This document shows positions 19,150-28,508 of a stretch of 64,000 bases of DNA, piece after piece. The DNA lies in NCBI GenBank assembly GCA_963817385.1, contig CAWFOM010000010.1:1-64000 (forward strand), written 5' to 3'. A program made the translations under genes and the position numbers. The DNA is from an uncultured delta proteobacterium. Lineage in GTDB: Bacteria > Desulfobacterota > Syntrophia > Syntrophales > UBA5619. The notes under the pieces are model-generated. The model was given only the letters and a program-made list of their open reading frames with translations. It was not told where the DNA came from and searched no databases. Position 1 is the first letter of the stretch. Each line of letters opens with the position of its first letter.

Positions 19150-21051
19150 TCATTTCTCTCGTATTGTCGAAGGGGTGGAGGGTTCCCCGGCACCGTCAAA
19201 GGGGATGGTGAGATTATAGATCCCGGATTCCATGACCGCCCGGATCGGGAACGGCGCTTTTTCAAAGACTTTGAGCATGGCCTTGTTGTCGGCGATGACA
19301 TCCGCGGTAAATCCATCGAGTCCCTGTTCCCGGCCCGCCCGAATCAGAATTTCAAATAGGAAAGAAGCGATGCCCCGACCCTGGCAGTTTTCATCTACGA
19401 CGAACGCAACATCGGCCAAGGGACGATTGTGATGGCGGACATACCGTCCTTCCGCTATGATTCTCTCCGTTCCCGATTGATCGACCGTTCCGACGATGGA
19501 CATGATTCGCTGGTAATCGACGTTCACATATTCCTGCATCTTACGATGGGGCATGGTCCGTATCGGGCTGAAGTAGCGATAGTAAACCGCGGTGTCGGAA
19601 AAACGGTAAAAGAGTTTCCGCATCTCCTCTTCATCGGAGGGTTTGATTGCGCGGAAGCGAACTTTCAAGCCCCCTTTGAACGTATGCGTTTCCGCCAGCT
19701 TCTCCGGGTAGAGACAACCCGAGTCCGACAGATAGATCTGGTCGGCGTAGAGAATATTGGCTGATTTTGCCTCATGGATCAATTCCGCCCGATCCTCCGG
19801 GTGGGCGATGTCGATCAGTGCCTGGGCGCGTTCGCGGACGGTGCGGCCGATCATGGAGGCGATTCCGTATTCCGTGATGATCAGGTCGAGTGATTCACGG
19901 TTGGTGAACTGGTTAGGAAACTCCTCTGCGGAGAGCAGGATGTTGGACTGGCCTTTCAAGTTGCGGCTGGGGAGGGCAAAGATCGTCCGTCCCCCGCGGG
20001 AATGTTCGGCGCCGGCAAAGAACTCCTGGGCTTGTCCCGGTCCGGGTGTCACATTGCCCTTGCCGATATGCAGGGCGATGCCTCCCGTCAGATCGACTTT
20101 TCGCGCGGGGAGGATGGCGATCATCCTGTCGTTGAGGGCGATCCGCTGATGATCGGAGACCACGTCGATCCCCTGAAACTCAACCAGGGGGTTGCGGTGC
20201 AGCCACCGCATCAGCTCGGGCGTGCCCTGGGCGTAGGCGGTGAGGGATTTGTCGCGGAAATGGTTCTTTTTTCGGTTCGTCACGGCGCCGCATTTGATCA
20301 GGTCCATGAGGGGATCGGTGAAGAAGTAGGTATGCACGCCGAGATGGCGTTTGCGGGCCAGATGCCGACCCAACGCCTCGAAGAGGGCGCCGGAGTAGAA
20401 GGCGATGCAACTGCCGTCTTCCACAACGGAGGCGACGTTGGCGGCGACCCGGTCGATGACGTCATCGACCGGCCACCGGGGGAAATAGATCGGCGGTTCG
20501 GTCGCCCGGACCAGATAGTGGAAATCATTGACATGGACGAAGGTGTTCCCCATGGTGCGCGGAACAAGGTCGTTAATTTCCCCGATGACAAGTGATGCCC
20601 GCTCCATGGCGTATTTGGCCACGTCAACCGATACGCCGAGGCTGGCATAACCCGCCTTGTCCGGAGGAGTGATCTGGACGAAGGCGACATCCACGCGAAT
20701 CGCTCCGGACTCGACCAGCTTCGGAATCCGGGAAAATCGGCAGGGGATCATATCGACGGAACCGGAGGTAATGGCCTCGCTTGCCAGCCAGCCCGCAAAG
20801 AAGGTCTTGAGGCGGAATTTGTGGTCGTACGCGGTATTCTTAAAGGAGATGGCGTCACCGAGGCTCACAATCTGCACCAGCTCGAGATCGGTCAGATTGC
20901 TCATGTCCGAGGTCATGAGCTTTTTTACCAGGGTTCTGGGCTCCGCCACGCCGGTCCCGAGGAAAATGCTCATCCCCGGCTCAATCCGGGAGAGAAACAC
21001 CTCGGGGGAGACCACCCGCTCTTCCCATCCGGAATCGACATCATCAAACAT
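19150..21051 (-). CDS. Second acetyl-CoA hydrolase/transferase-like domain + GNAT fusion; catalytic Glu absent
   Basis: Same architecture as 11299-13203, but with LGVHTYFFTDP and GPGQAQEF in place of HTE and GxGGxxDF. The GNAT RAIKPSDE...GRGIA is intact. Confidence 0.85.
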   Translation of the reverse strand: MFDDVDSGWEERVVSPEVFLSRIEPGMSIFLGTGVAEPRTLVKKLMTSDMSNLTDLELVQIVSLGDAISFKNTAYDHKFRLKTFFAGWLASEAITSGSVDMIPCRFSRIPKLVESGAIRVDVAFVQITPPDKAGYASLGVSVDVAKYAMERASLVIGEINDLVPRTMGNTFVHVNDFHYLVRATEPPIYFPRWPVDDVIDRVAANVASVVEDGSCIAFYSGALFEALGRHLARKRHLGVHTYFFTDPLMDLIKCGAVTNRKKNHFRDKSLTAYAQGTPELMRWLHRNPLVEFQGIDVVSDHQRIALNDRMIAILPARKVDLTGGIALHIGKGNVTPGPGQAQEFFAGAEHSRGGRTIFALPSRNLKGQSNILLSAEEFPNQFTNRESLDLIITEYGIASMIGRTVRERAQALIDIAHPEDRAELIHEAKSANILYADQIYLSDSGCLYPEKLAETHTFKGGLKVRFRAIKPSDEEEMRKLFYRFSDTAVYYRYFSPIRTMPHRKMQEYVNVDYQRIMSIVGTVDQSGTERIIAEGRYVRHHNRPLADVAFVVDENCQGRGIASFLFEILIRAGREQGLDGFTADVIADNKAMLKVFEKAPFPIRAVMESGIYNLTIPFDGAGEPSTPSTIREK

Positions 21052-21155
21052 TACAGGACCTCTCTCTGAAAGCAGCGATTATTTCCCTCTGTGTATTCGT
21101 TTAAAAAGTACGTCCGGCCCGCAAATTTGTCAATCACTTTGAATCCGCAAAATCC

Positions 21156-21184
21156 TTGACTACCCTGGGGAGTCATACTACATT
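21156..21184 (+). promoter_or_regulatory. Putative sigma70 promoter of purB with an overlapping palindrome
   Basis: TTGACT-N17-TACATT; inverted repeat TGACT-N9-AGTCA at 21157-21175. Confidence 0.45.
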
Positions 21185-21273
21185 GCTCATGATCGCAGGG
21201 GAGTCTCCTCACTCGTGAAGGGCACGGGGATCCGGTTGGACATAATGCACGTCAACACTAACAGGAGGATGCT

Positions 21274-22716
21274 TTGATACCGAGATATTCGAGAGACGCG
21301 ATGACCGCCATCTGGAGTCCGGAAAACCGCTACAGGAAGTGGCTTGATATCGAACTGCTGGCATGCGAGGCGATGGCTGAGCGGGGGGAGATCCCCAGTG
21401 CATCTCTGCAGAACATCCGGAAAAATGCCGGATTTGATGTAGGCAGGATCGATGAGATCGAAAAGACCACCAAACATGATGTGATTGCCTTTCTTACCTC
21501 CGTGACGGAAAAGGTCGGAGAGGATGGACGGTTCATCCACCGAGGGCTGACCTCGTCGGACATCCTCGACACCTCCTTGGCCCTTCTCCTTCGGGAGGCT
21601 GCCGACATTCTCATCGAAGACTTGGAGGCCCTTCTTGCCGCGCTGAAAAAAAAGGCCGTCGCCCATAAGCACACGGTCATGATCGGGAGATCCCATGGGA
21701 TCCATGCTGAACCGATCACCTTCGGCCTGAAGATGGCGCTCTGGTACACGGAAATGGAGAGAAACAGGGAGAGAATGATCCGGGCCAGAGAAACGATCAG
21801 CACGGGAAAGCTTGCCGGGGCGGTAGGAACATTCTCCTTTATCGATCCTTCGGTTGAGACGTACGTCTGCAGGAAGCTGGGACTGAAGCCCGCCCCCGTC
21901 TCATCGCAGATCGTCCAGCGCGACCGCCATGCTGAATATTTCACGACCCTCGCCATCATTGCCTCCTCCCTGGATAAGTTCGCGCAGGAGATCAGGCTCC
22001 TGCAGCGCACCGAGGTAGGCGAAGCGGAGGAGTATTTTTCTCCCGGCCAAAAGGGGTCGTCCGCCATGCCGCATAAACGCAATCCCGTCCTGTCGGAAAA
22101 TATATCCGGTCTTGCCCGGCTCATGCGTTCCTACGCCCTGTCCGCATTGGAAGACGTGGCGCTCTGGCACGAGCGGGATATAAGCCATTCTTCCGTGGAG
22201 CGAATAATCGGACCGGATGCGACAATTCTGCTCGATTTCATGTTGAGCCGATTTACCGGACTGGTCGATAAACTCGTGGTATATCCAGAGCGGATGCTCG
22301 CCAATCTTCACATGACGAAAGGAGTCATCTTTTCCCAGATGGTCCTGCTGAAGCTGATCGAAAAGGGAATATCACGGGAAGAGGCGTATGCGATTGTCCA
22401 GCGAAACGCCATGAAGTCATGGCGGGAAGGGCGTGAGTTCATGGATCTGCTTTTGCAGGACGATGAGGTCATGGCGCGGTTGAAACCGGATGATCTGGCG
22501 GCGGCGTTTAAGATCGAAAATTTTCTCAAACAGGTCGATTTCATCTTCAACCGTGTTTTCGGAGATACGCCAGAGGCAATAGTTCTTGAGATCGCGGTCT
22601 TTATCTGGCGCCGGACGGGACCGCTCCGGGTTCAGGCCTTCCCCACAACTCCTCACGGGAAACGACCGTATCTTTCAGCCATACGCGATCGTCCTTATCC
22701 GGATAATCGAGGTTGA
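21274..22716 (+). CDS. purB: Adenylosuccinate lyase (true stop probably TAG 22580-22582)
   Basis: MIPRYSR, TKHDVIAF, GRSHGIHAEP and SSAMPHKRNP signature. Homology ends at VDFIFNRVFG, and the tail overlaps nadB. Confidence 0.95.
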   Translation: MIPRYSRDAMTAIWSPENRYRKWLDIELLACEAMAERGEIPSASLQNIRKNAGFDVGRIDEIEKTTKHDVIAFLTSVTEKVGEDGRFIHRGLTSSDILDTSLALLLREAADILIEDLEALLAALKKKAVAHKHTVMIGRSHGIHAEPITFGLKMALWYTEMERNRERMIRARETISTGKLAGAVGTFSFIDPSVETYVCRKLGLKPAPVSSQIVQRDRHAEYFTTLAIIASSLDKFAQEIRLLQRTEVGEAEEYFSPGQKGSSAMPHKRNPVLSENISGLARLMRSYALSALEDVALWHERDISHSSVERIIGPDATILLDFMLSRFTGLVDKLVVYPERMLANLHMTKGVIFSQMVLLKLIEKGISREEAYAIVQRNAMKSWREGREFMDLLLQDDEVMARLKPDDLAAAFKIENFLKQVDFIFNRVFGDTPEAIVLEIAVFIWRRTGPLRVQAFPTTPHGKRPYLSAIRDRPYPDNRG

Positions 22717-24253
22717 AATGCAGGCCACGGCTTTCCTTGCGCATCCGGGCACAGGTCACGATGAGCTTGGCGGCCACCGCAATGTTCCGTAATTCCAGCA
22801 GATCGCGCGTTACGATGAAGTTCCGGTAATATTCATCAATTTCTCTGCTGATCATCTCGATGCGGCGTTGCGCCCTCTCGAGGCGCTTGTCGGAACGGAC
22901 GATCCCCACGTAATTCCACATGCACCTGCGGATCTCGTCCCAGTTGTGGGAAACGACCACCGATTCATCGCTTTCGGTCGCCCCTTTCGGGTCCCACGAC
23001 GGGATGGGAATCGGATCATCCTTCACGTGGGGGAGGAGCTCCGCGATACGGAGGAAGGAGCGATGCGCAAAGACCACCGCTTCGAGCAGGGAGTTGCTGG
23101 CGAGGCGGTTGGCGCCGTGCAGACCGGTGCAGGAGACTTCTCCGCAGGCGAAAAGCCTCTCGATGCTCGTTTCACCGAACGCATTAACCGTCACTCCGCC
23201 GCAGAGGTAATGCTCCGCCGGGACGACCGGGATGGGGTCCCGTGTCATATCGATGCCGAATTCGAGACACTTTTCGTAGATATTGGGAAACCGGGAAATC
23301 AGAAAGTCTCTGTCCCGGTGGGTGATATCGAGCAGGACGCAATCATCGCCGGACTTCTTCAGCTCCGTGTCGATGGCCTTGGCGACGACATCGCGCGGCG
23401 CGAGGCTCTTCATGGGATGGTATTTTTCCATGAACGTGGCGCCGCTTTTGAGTTTCAGAATCGCACCCTCGCCGCGGACGGCTTCACTGATCAGAAACGA
23501 TTTGGCATCGGGGTGGTAAAGACAGGTCGGGTGAAACTGGATGAATTCCATGTTGGCGATCTTCGCGCCGGCCCGGTACGCCATGGCGATCCCGTCGGCG
23601 GTGGCGATATCGGGATTCGTCGTGATCAGATAGACCTTGCCTGCGCCTCCCGTCGAGAGCATGATGAACTTTGCCCGGAAGGTATGGATTTCATTGCGGG
23701 CGATATCCAGGACATAGGCGCCGAGACACCGGTCGCCCTGCTCCATCTTTTGCCCGAGCACCGAGGATTTCATGATCAGATCGATGGCGATATGGTTTTC
23801 GAAGATCCGGATATTCTTCTGCTGCGCGGTCTTTTCGTGGAGCGCCCGTTCGATCTCCCGGCCGGTCAGATCCCGTGCATGGAGGACCCGTCGCATGGAA
23901 TGGCCGCCCTCCCGGCCGAGATCGAACTGGTCAGGATCGGCGGTCGAGCGGGTGAATTCGACACCCCATCGAATCAGTTCGCTGATCCTCTCGGGACCCT
24001 CCGTGACCACGAAACGGACCACCTCTTCGTTGCAGAGGCCCATCCCGCAGGTCAGCGTGTCCTTGATATGATACTCGAAACGGTCCGTCTGATCCTGCAC
24101 GACGGCAATACCGCCCTGGGCCATATTCGTATTCGAGTCGGTTTTGTCCTTCTTGGTGACCATGGCGACGGTTCCCAGTCCCGCCGCCTTGATGGCGAAA
24201 CTAAGTCCGGCGATGCCGGTGCCAAGGACGAGAAAATCAGTATAAATTTCCAC
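22601..24253 (-). CDS. nadB: L-aspartate oxidase
   Basis: GTGIAGL, AQGGIA, REGGHS, EFIQFHPT, GLHGANRLASNSLLE and ESRGLH. Confidence 0.95.
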   Translation of the reverse strand: MEIYTDFLVLGTGIAGLSFAIKAAGLGTVAMVTKKDKTDSNTNMAQGGIAVVQDQTDRFEYHIKDTLTCGMGLCNEEVVRFVVTEGPERISELIRWGVEFTRSTADPDQFDLGREGGHSMRRVLHARDLTGREIERALHEKTAQQKNIRIFENHIAIDLIMKSSVLGQKMEQGDRCLGAYVLDIARNEIHTFRAKFIMLSTGGAGKVYLITTNPDIATADGIAMAYRAGAKIANMEFIQFHPTCLYHPDAKSFLISEAVRGEGAILKLKSGATFMEKYHPMKSLAPRDVVAKAIDTELKKSGDDCVLLDITHRDRDFLISRFPNIYEKCLEFGIDMTRDPIPVVPAEHYLCGGVTVNAFGETSIERLFACGEVSCTGLHGANRLASNSLLEAVVFAHRSFLRIAELLPHVKDDPIPIPSWDPKGATESDESVVVSHNWDEIRRCMWNYVGIVRSDKRLERAQRRIEMISREIDEYYRNFIVTRDLLELRNIAVAAKLIVTCARMRKESRGLHFNLDYPDKDDRVWLKDTVVSREELWGRPEPGAVPSGAR

Positions 24254-24350
24254 TGTTGCCTCTTTTTCGAAAAGGTTGTTTACAAAAAACCGCCATTTCT
24301 ATATATACTTTCGTCCCTTTTGTAAAAGAAAATATGCGTAAGGATGAGCG

Positions 24351-25353
24351 ATGGTAATCCTGGGTATCGAATCTTCCTGTGACGAAACCGCCGCCGCGGT
24401 GGTGCGGGATGGGCGCCAGCTCCTCTCCAGCGTCATCGCTTCGCAGGTAGATGTGCATGCACGCTACGGCGGCGTTGTTCCCGAGATCGCCTCCCGCCAC
24501 CATATCGAGGCCATCGCTCCGGTGATCCTGCAGGCCCTGGATGATGCCGGGTTGTCTCTGGCGGAGATCGACGGAGTAGCCGTCACGCGCGGGCCGGGAC
24601 TGATCGGGTCGCTTCTCGTGGGGTTGTCCGCGGCAAAGGCCCTGGCCTTCGCCCGCCACCTTCCCCTGGTCGGGGTCAATCACCTGGAAGGCCATGTGGC
24701 GGCGATTTTTCTGACCGACGATCCTCCTGAATTTCCGTTTGTCGCCCTGGTGGTTTCCGGCGGTCATACGACGATCTATCTGGTGGAGGATTTCCACCGC
24801 TTCACGACGCTGGGACACACACGGGACGATGCGGCAGGGGAGGCCTTCGACAAGGCGGCCAAACTCCTGGAAATCGGATACCCCGGGGGGATGGTGATCG
24901 ATCGTTTGGCAAAGAAGGGGAATCGCTCCGCCATCGCGTTTCCCCGGGGGATGCGGGACGGCCTCGATTTCAGCTTCAGCGGCCTGAAAACCGCCCTTCT
25001 GATGTGGCTCCGGAAACGGGGAACCCCCGTTACTCCCGTGGAAATGCCTGACGTGGCCGCATCCTACCAGGAGGCCATTGTCGATGTCCTGGTGGAAAAA
25101 ACTCTCCGGGCCGCGGCGGTGGACTTCGGTATCCAGGGTCTTGGTATGCGGGGGGGTCGCCGCGAACAGCCGTTTGCGGGATAGGTTCAGCGAAGACGCG
25201 GCGCGCTCGGGGATCTCATTCTTCGTTCCCCCTCCCGTTCTGTGCACCGACAACGCGGCGATGATTGCCGTGGTCGGCGGACATCTCCTGGAGGGGGGGC
25301 ATCAGGACGGCCTCGACCTGAATGCCGTCTCCCGTTGGCCGCTTGCCTGTTGA
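24351..25353 (+). CDS. tsaD: tRNA N6-threonylcarbamoyladenosine transferase TsaD; apparent +1 frameshift at about 25113-25135
   Basis: ILGIESSCDET, YGGVVPEIASR, HLEGH and DDAAGEAFDK; GGVAAN and CTDNAAMIA follow in the +1 frame. Confidence 0.93.
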
Positions 25354-25356
25354 CCC

Positions 25357-25807
25357 ATGATCATGCCGAGACGAATCAGGACGTTCTACGAGCAGTTCAT
25401 CAGCCTGAAAGGCGATCCGGCGTCAATCGCCGCCGCCCTGGCAATCGGCGTATTCGTCGGCGTGACGCCTACCATCCCCTTCCATACCGCGATCATCGTG
25501 ATTGTGGGCCTCATCTTCAGGATCAATATCACCGCCGCGTACCTCGGATCGTGGCTCATCTCCAATCCGGTGACCATCCCCCTGCTGTACCTGTCGCAAT
25601 ACGAGTTGGGCCGGATTCTGCTCGGGATGGATCCGTACCGCTTTGAACTCACGGAATACTCGCTCTGCTGCGATTGCGGCGATGGGGTGGCGGATCCTCC
25701 TCCCCCTCCTGACGGGCGGCATCGTCATGGCCCCGCTATGCGCCGTTCCGGCCTATTTTATCTCGCGCCGGCTGATCACGGCGATCCGCGCGAAGGGGTG
25801 CCCGTGA
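25357..25807 (+). CDS. DUF2062 family membrane protein; apparent +1 frameshift near 25666
   Basis: ALAIGVFVGVTP and WLISNPVT. Removing one base restores a hydrophobic tail (WRILLPLLTGGIVMAPLCAVPAYF) ending at TGA 25805-25807. Confidence 0.8.
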
Positions 25808-26664
25808 ACTCCGTACGAACGATACTCGCGCAGTACGATATTCGTCCCCGGAAGAGACTGGGACAGTCCTTTCTCGAGGACATGAACGTGACCCGGCGGA
25901 TAGCCGCCCTGGCAGATCCGTCCGAACAGGAGACCGTCGTGGAGATCGGCGCCGGCCTGGGATTGCTGACGTCGGAACTGGCGCGGACGGCCGGGAAGGT
26001 GGTCGCCCTGGAATTCGATCCCCGTCTGGTTTCCGTCTTACGGGACCGCTTTTCCGGGGACGACCGGGTGGAGATCGTCCCGGGCGATGCCCTCGATTAC
26101 CGTTTTGCTTCCGCCTCTCCGGGCGCGAGGATCAAAGTCGTCGGAAATCTCCCCTATAATATCTCTTCCCCGATACTCTTTCGTCTGCTCGAATTCAGGC
26201 GGTCGATCTCGTCGATGGTGCTGATGTTTCAGAAGGAACTCGCGGACCGGATCATGGCGCCTCCCGGGAAAAAGGATTACGGCATCCCTTCGGTCATGAT
26301 CGCCCGATACGCCTCGGTAACCCGGGAGATGAACGTCCCGCCGACCTGTTTTTATCCCGAGCCCGCCGTCATCTCGTCGGTCCTCAGGATCGTGATGCGG
26401 GAGGATCAGAAACCGCCTGAAGAAGAGTTGCTCTTCTCGATGACGGTCAAGGCGGCCTTCGCCCGGAGGAGAAAGACCCTCTGGAACAACCTCCGGGCCG
26501 CCGGTTTTGCCGACGAAACACTTGAGACGGTGCTTGCGAACACCCAAATCGAAGGCATCAGAAGGGCGGAAACCCTGTCGGTTGAAGAATTCGGCATGCT
26601 GGCGGCGGCGCTGGCCGCGGCCGTCGACGCCCGGAAAATTCTTGACAAGCGGAGGGGCATCTGA
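25804..26664 (+). CDS. rsmA: 16S rRNA m6,2A dimethyltransferase RsmA/KsgA
   Basis: GTG start overlapping the DUF2062 stop; KRLGQSFL, EIGAGLG, VGNLPYNISSPIL, MFQKE and RRKTL. Confidence 0.93.
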   Translation: MNSVRTILAQYDIRPRKRLGQSFLEDMNVTRRIAALADPSEQETVVEIGAGLGLLTSELARTAGKVVALEFDPRLVSVLRDRFSGDDRVEIVPGDALDYRFASASPGARIKVVGNLPYNISSPILFRLLEFRRSISSMVLMFQKELADRIMAPPGKKDYGIPSVMIARYASVTREMNVPPTCFYPEPAVISSVLRIVMREDQKPPEEELLFSMTVKAAFARRRKTLWNNLRAAGFADETLETVLANTQIEGIRRAETLSVEEFGMLAAALAAAVDARKILDKRRGI

Positions 26665-26683
26665 TAGAGATTTCGCGACGCTT

Positions 26684-26769
26684 GGATCCGGATGCGGACT
26701 GAGACGGAAGGATCGACGGTTTAAGGAAATAGGACAAGGCCTCTCGTCTTTGACGAGAGGCCTTTTTTT
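26684..26769 (+). ncRNA. Structured panC leader resembling the pan RNA motif, followed by an intrinsic terminator
   Basis: GGATCCGGATGCGGACTGAGACGGAAGGATC element, then a perfect hairpin AAGGCCTCTCGTC-TTT-GACGAGAGGCCTT and a U-tract just before panC. TTGACA lies at 26642. Confidence 0.65.
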
Positions 26770-26784
26770 GGGCAGGAGGAACGG

Positions 26785-27642
26785 TTGAAGATCATACGGA
26801 CCGCCAGAGAGATGCAGATGATTGCTGAGTCGGAAAGACGCCGGGGGCGAAGAATCGCCTTCGTACCGACGATGGGATATTTCCATGAGGGGCATCTGAA
26901 TCTGATGAGGCTGGGGCGCGAGCGGGGGGATCGTCTTGCCATAAGCATCTATGTTAACCCCACCCAGTTTGCCCCCACGGAGGACTTCGAAGCCTATCCG
27001 CGCGATTTTGAAAGGGACAGAAGACTTGCCGAAGAGGTTGGTGTGGATTGGATCTTTACGCCGGACAATCGGGAGATGTATCCGGACGGATATCGGACCT
27101 ACGTGGAAGTGGAAGGGGTGACCGCGAACCTCTGCGGCATCTCCCGCCCTCGCTTTTTCCGGGGCGTAACCACCGTCTGCACGAAGCTCTTCCATATCGT
27201 GATGCCCCATCTGACCGTTTTCGGGCGGAAGGATTTTCAGCAGTACGTGACGATCAAGAGGATGGTGCAGGATCTCAACATGGCAATCGAAGTCATCGGG
27301 ATGCAGACCACCCGCGAGCCCGACGGACTGGCGATGAGTTCGCGGAACAGCTACCTGAAGCCGGAGGAGCGGGAAACGGCCCTGAGCCTCAGCCGGTCGC
27401 TTCGCCTTGCCAAGGAACTCTACGAAAAGGGCGAGCGGGACTCCGGGATCATCCTGGCCGAGGTGCGGAAGTTCATCGCCGATTATCCCCGTGCGGAGAT
27501 CGATTATGCCAAGATCTGCAATACGGCGACGATGGAGGATGCCGCCCGCATCGAGGGAGAGACGGTACTCGCACTTGCCGTCAAGGTAGGCAGGACGAGA
27601 TTGATCGACAACCACGTCTTCGGTGAGCAACTCGATATATAA
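26785..27642 (+). CDS. panC: Pantoate--beta-alanine ligase
   Basis: FVPTMGYFHEGH, VNPTQF, FGRKDFQQ, DGLAMSSRN and RLIDN. Confidence 0.95.
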   Translation: MKIIRTAREMQMIAESERRRGRRIAFVPTMGYFHEGHLNLMRLGRERGDRLAISIYVNPTQFAPTEDFEAYPRDFERDRRLAEEVGVDWIFTPDNREMYPDGYRTYVEVEGVTANLCGISRPRFFRGVTTVCTKLFHIVMPHLTVFGRKDFQQYVTIKRMVQDLNMAIEVIGMQTTREPDGLAMSSRNSYLKPEERETALSLSRSLRLAKELYEKGERDSGIILAEVRKFIADYPRAEIDYAKICNTATMEDAARIEGETVLALAVKVGRTRLIDNHVFGEQLDI

Positions 27643-27786
27643 GGGACATGGCAGCGACGTATCCCGCTTACGCCTGAGGGGGCAGGGTGGTATCAACCTG
27701 CTCCCGTTCGTTAAAAAGGGTTGAGCATCTCTTCCCTTTTATGGTATCCATGCACCGTTAAAGCATTGATGAAAGAAGAAAAGGCA

Positions 27787-28476
27787 ATGAAGAAAAAAAT
27801 GAAGAGGATCTTTTTGACCGGTCTTGCCGTCGTCATCCCGGCGGGACTGACGATCTATATCCTCTTTTTCATTATCGATATGATGGACAACCTGCTCAGG
27901 ATCATCCCGATCAGTTATCAACCTGACAGTATGTTCCATCATCATATTCCCGGTCTTGGGGTGATCGTCACGGTGATCATGATTTTCATCTGCGGTTTGG
28001 TGACGACAAGTTATCTCGGAAACCGGCTGTTCGGTTTCGGCGAACGGATCGTCGGGAAGATCCCCGTCGTACGGAGCATCTATCAAGCCATCAAACGGAT
28101 CTCCGAGAGCCTCTTCATGGATAAGGCGCAGAGTTTCAAGAAGGTGGTCATGGTCGAATATCCCCGCCGCGGCGTTTACAGCATCGGATTCATCACCTGC
28201 ACGCCGAATGGAGAAATCCAGAAGAGTCTGCGGGAGAAGTGCCCCTGTGTCGGCGTTTATATCCCGTGCGCCCTAACGCCCACCACGGGTGTCTTTGTCA
28301 TGATTCCCGGTGATGAACTGATCGAAGTGGACATGTCGGTGGAAGAGGCATTCACCCTGATCATATCCGCGGGAATCGTGACCCCTCATGAAACTCTTCC
28401 CTCCGGCAGCCTGAAGCCGGTTACACCGATCGATGACCGACCCCGACTACAGGATGATCGCGTTGCTCGAACGTAA
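27787..28476 (+). CDS. DUF502 family membrane protein
   Basis: FLTGLAVVIP, IPVVRSIY, VEYPRRG, PTTG and MSVEEAFTLIISAG. Confidence 0.85.
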   Translation: MKKKMKRIFLTGLAVVIPAGLTIYILFFIIDMMDNLLRIIPISYQPDSMFHHHIPGLGVIVTVIMIFICGLVTTSYLGNRLFGFGERIVGKIPVVRSIYQAIKRISESLFMDKAQSFKKVVMVEYPRRGVYSIGFITCTPNGEIQKSLREKCPCVGVYIPCALTPTTGVFVMIPGDELIEVDMSVEEAFTLIISAGIVTPHETLPSGSLKPVTPIDDRPRLQDDRVART

Positions 28477-28508
28477 ACCCGACCCAACCATGAGAAGGAG
28501 AGAATGAT

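Noticed and set aside
22583..22716. C-terminal extension of PurB overlapping nadB by 116 bp
   Set aside because: Homology ends at about FNRVFG and a TAG lies in the +1 frame at 22580, consistent with the window-wide insertion errors.
24351..25353. tsaD and the other split genes as true pseudogenes or programmed frameshifts
   Set aside because: Both halves are intact, there are no slippery heptamers, tsaD is normally essential, and all shifts have the same sign. Sequencing error is the simpler explanation.
25357..26664. Apparent 435-aa DUF2062-RsmA fusion
   Set aside because: The linker is out-of-frame DUF2062 sequence. Removing one base near 25666 gives two normal genes with a GTGA overlap.
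28477..28508. SAH or SAM riboswitch before ahcY
   Set aside because: The spacer is only about 30 nt and shows no consensus elements.
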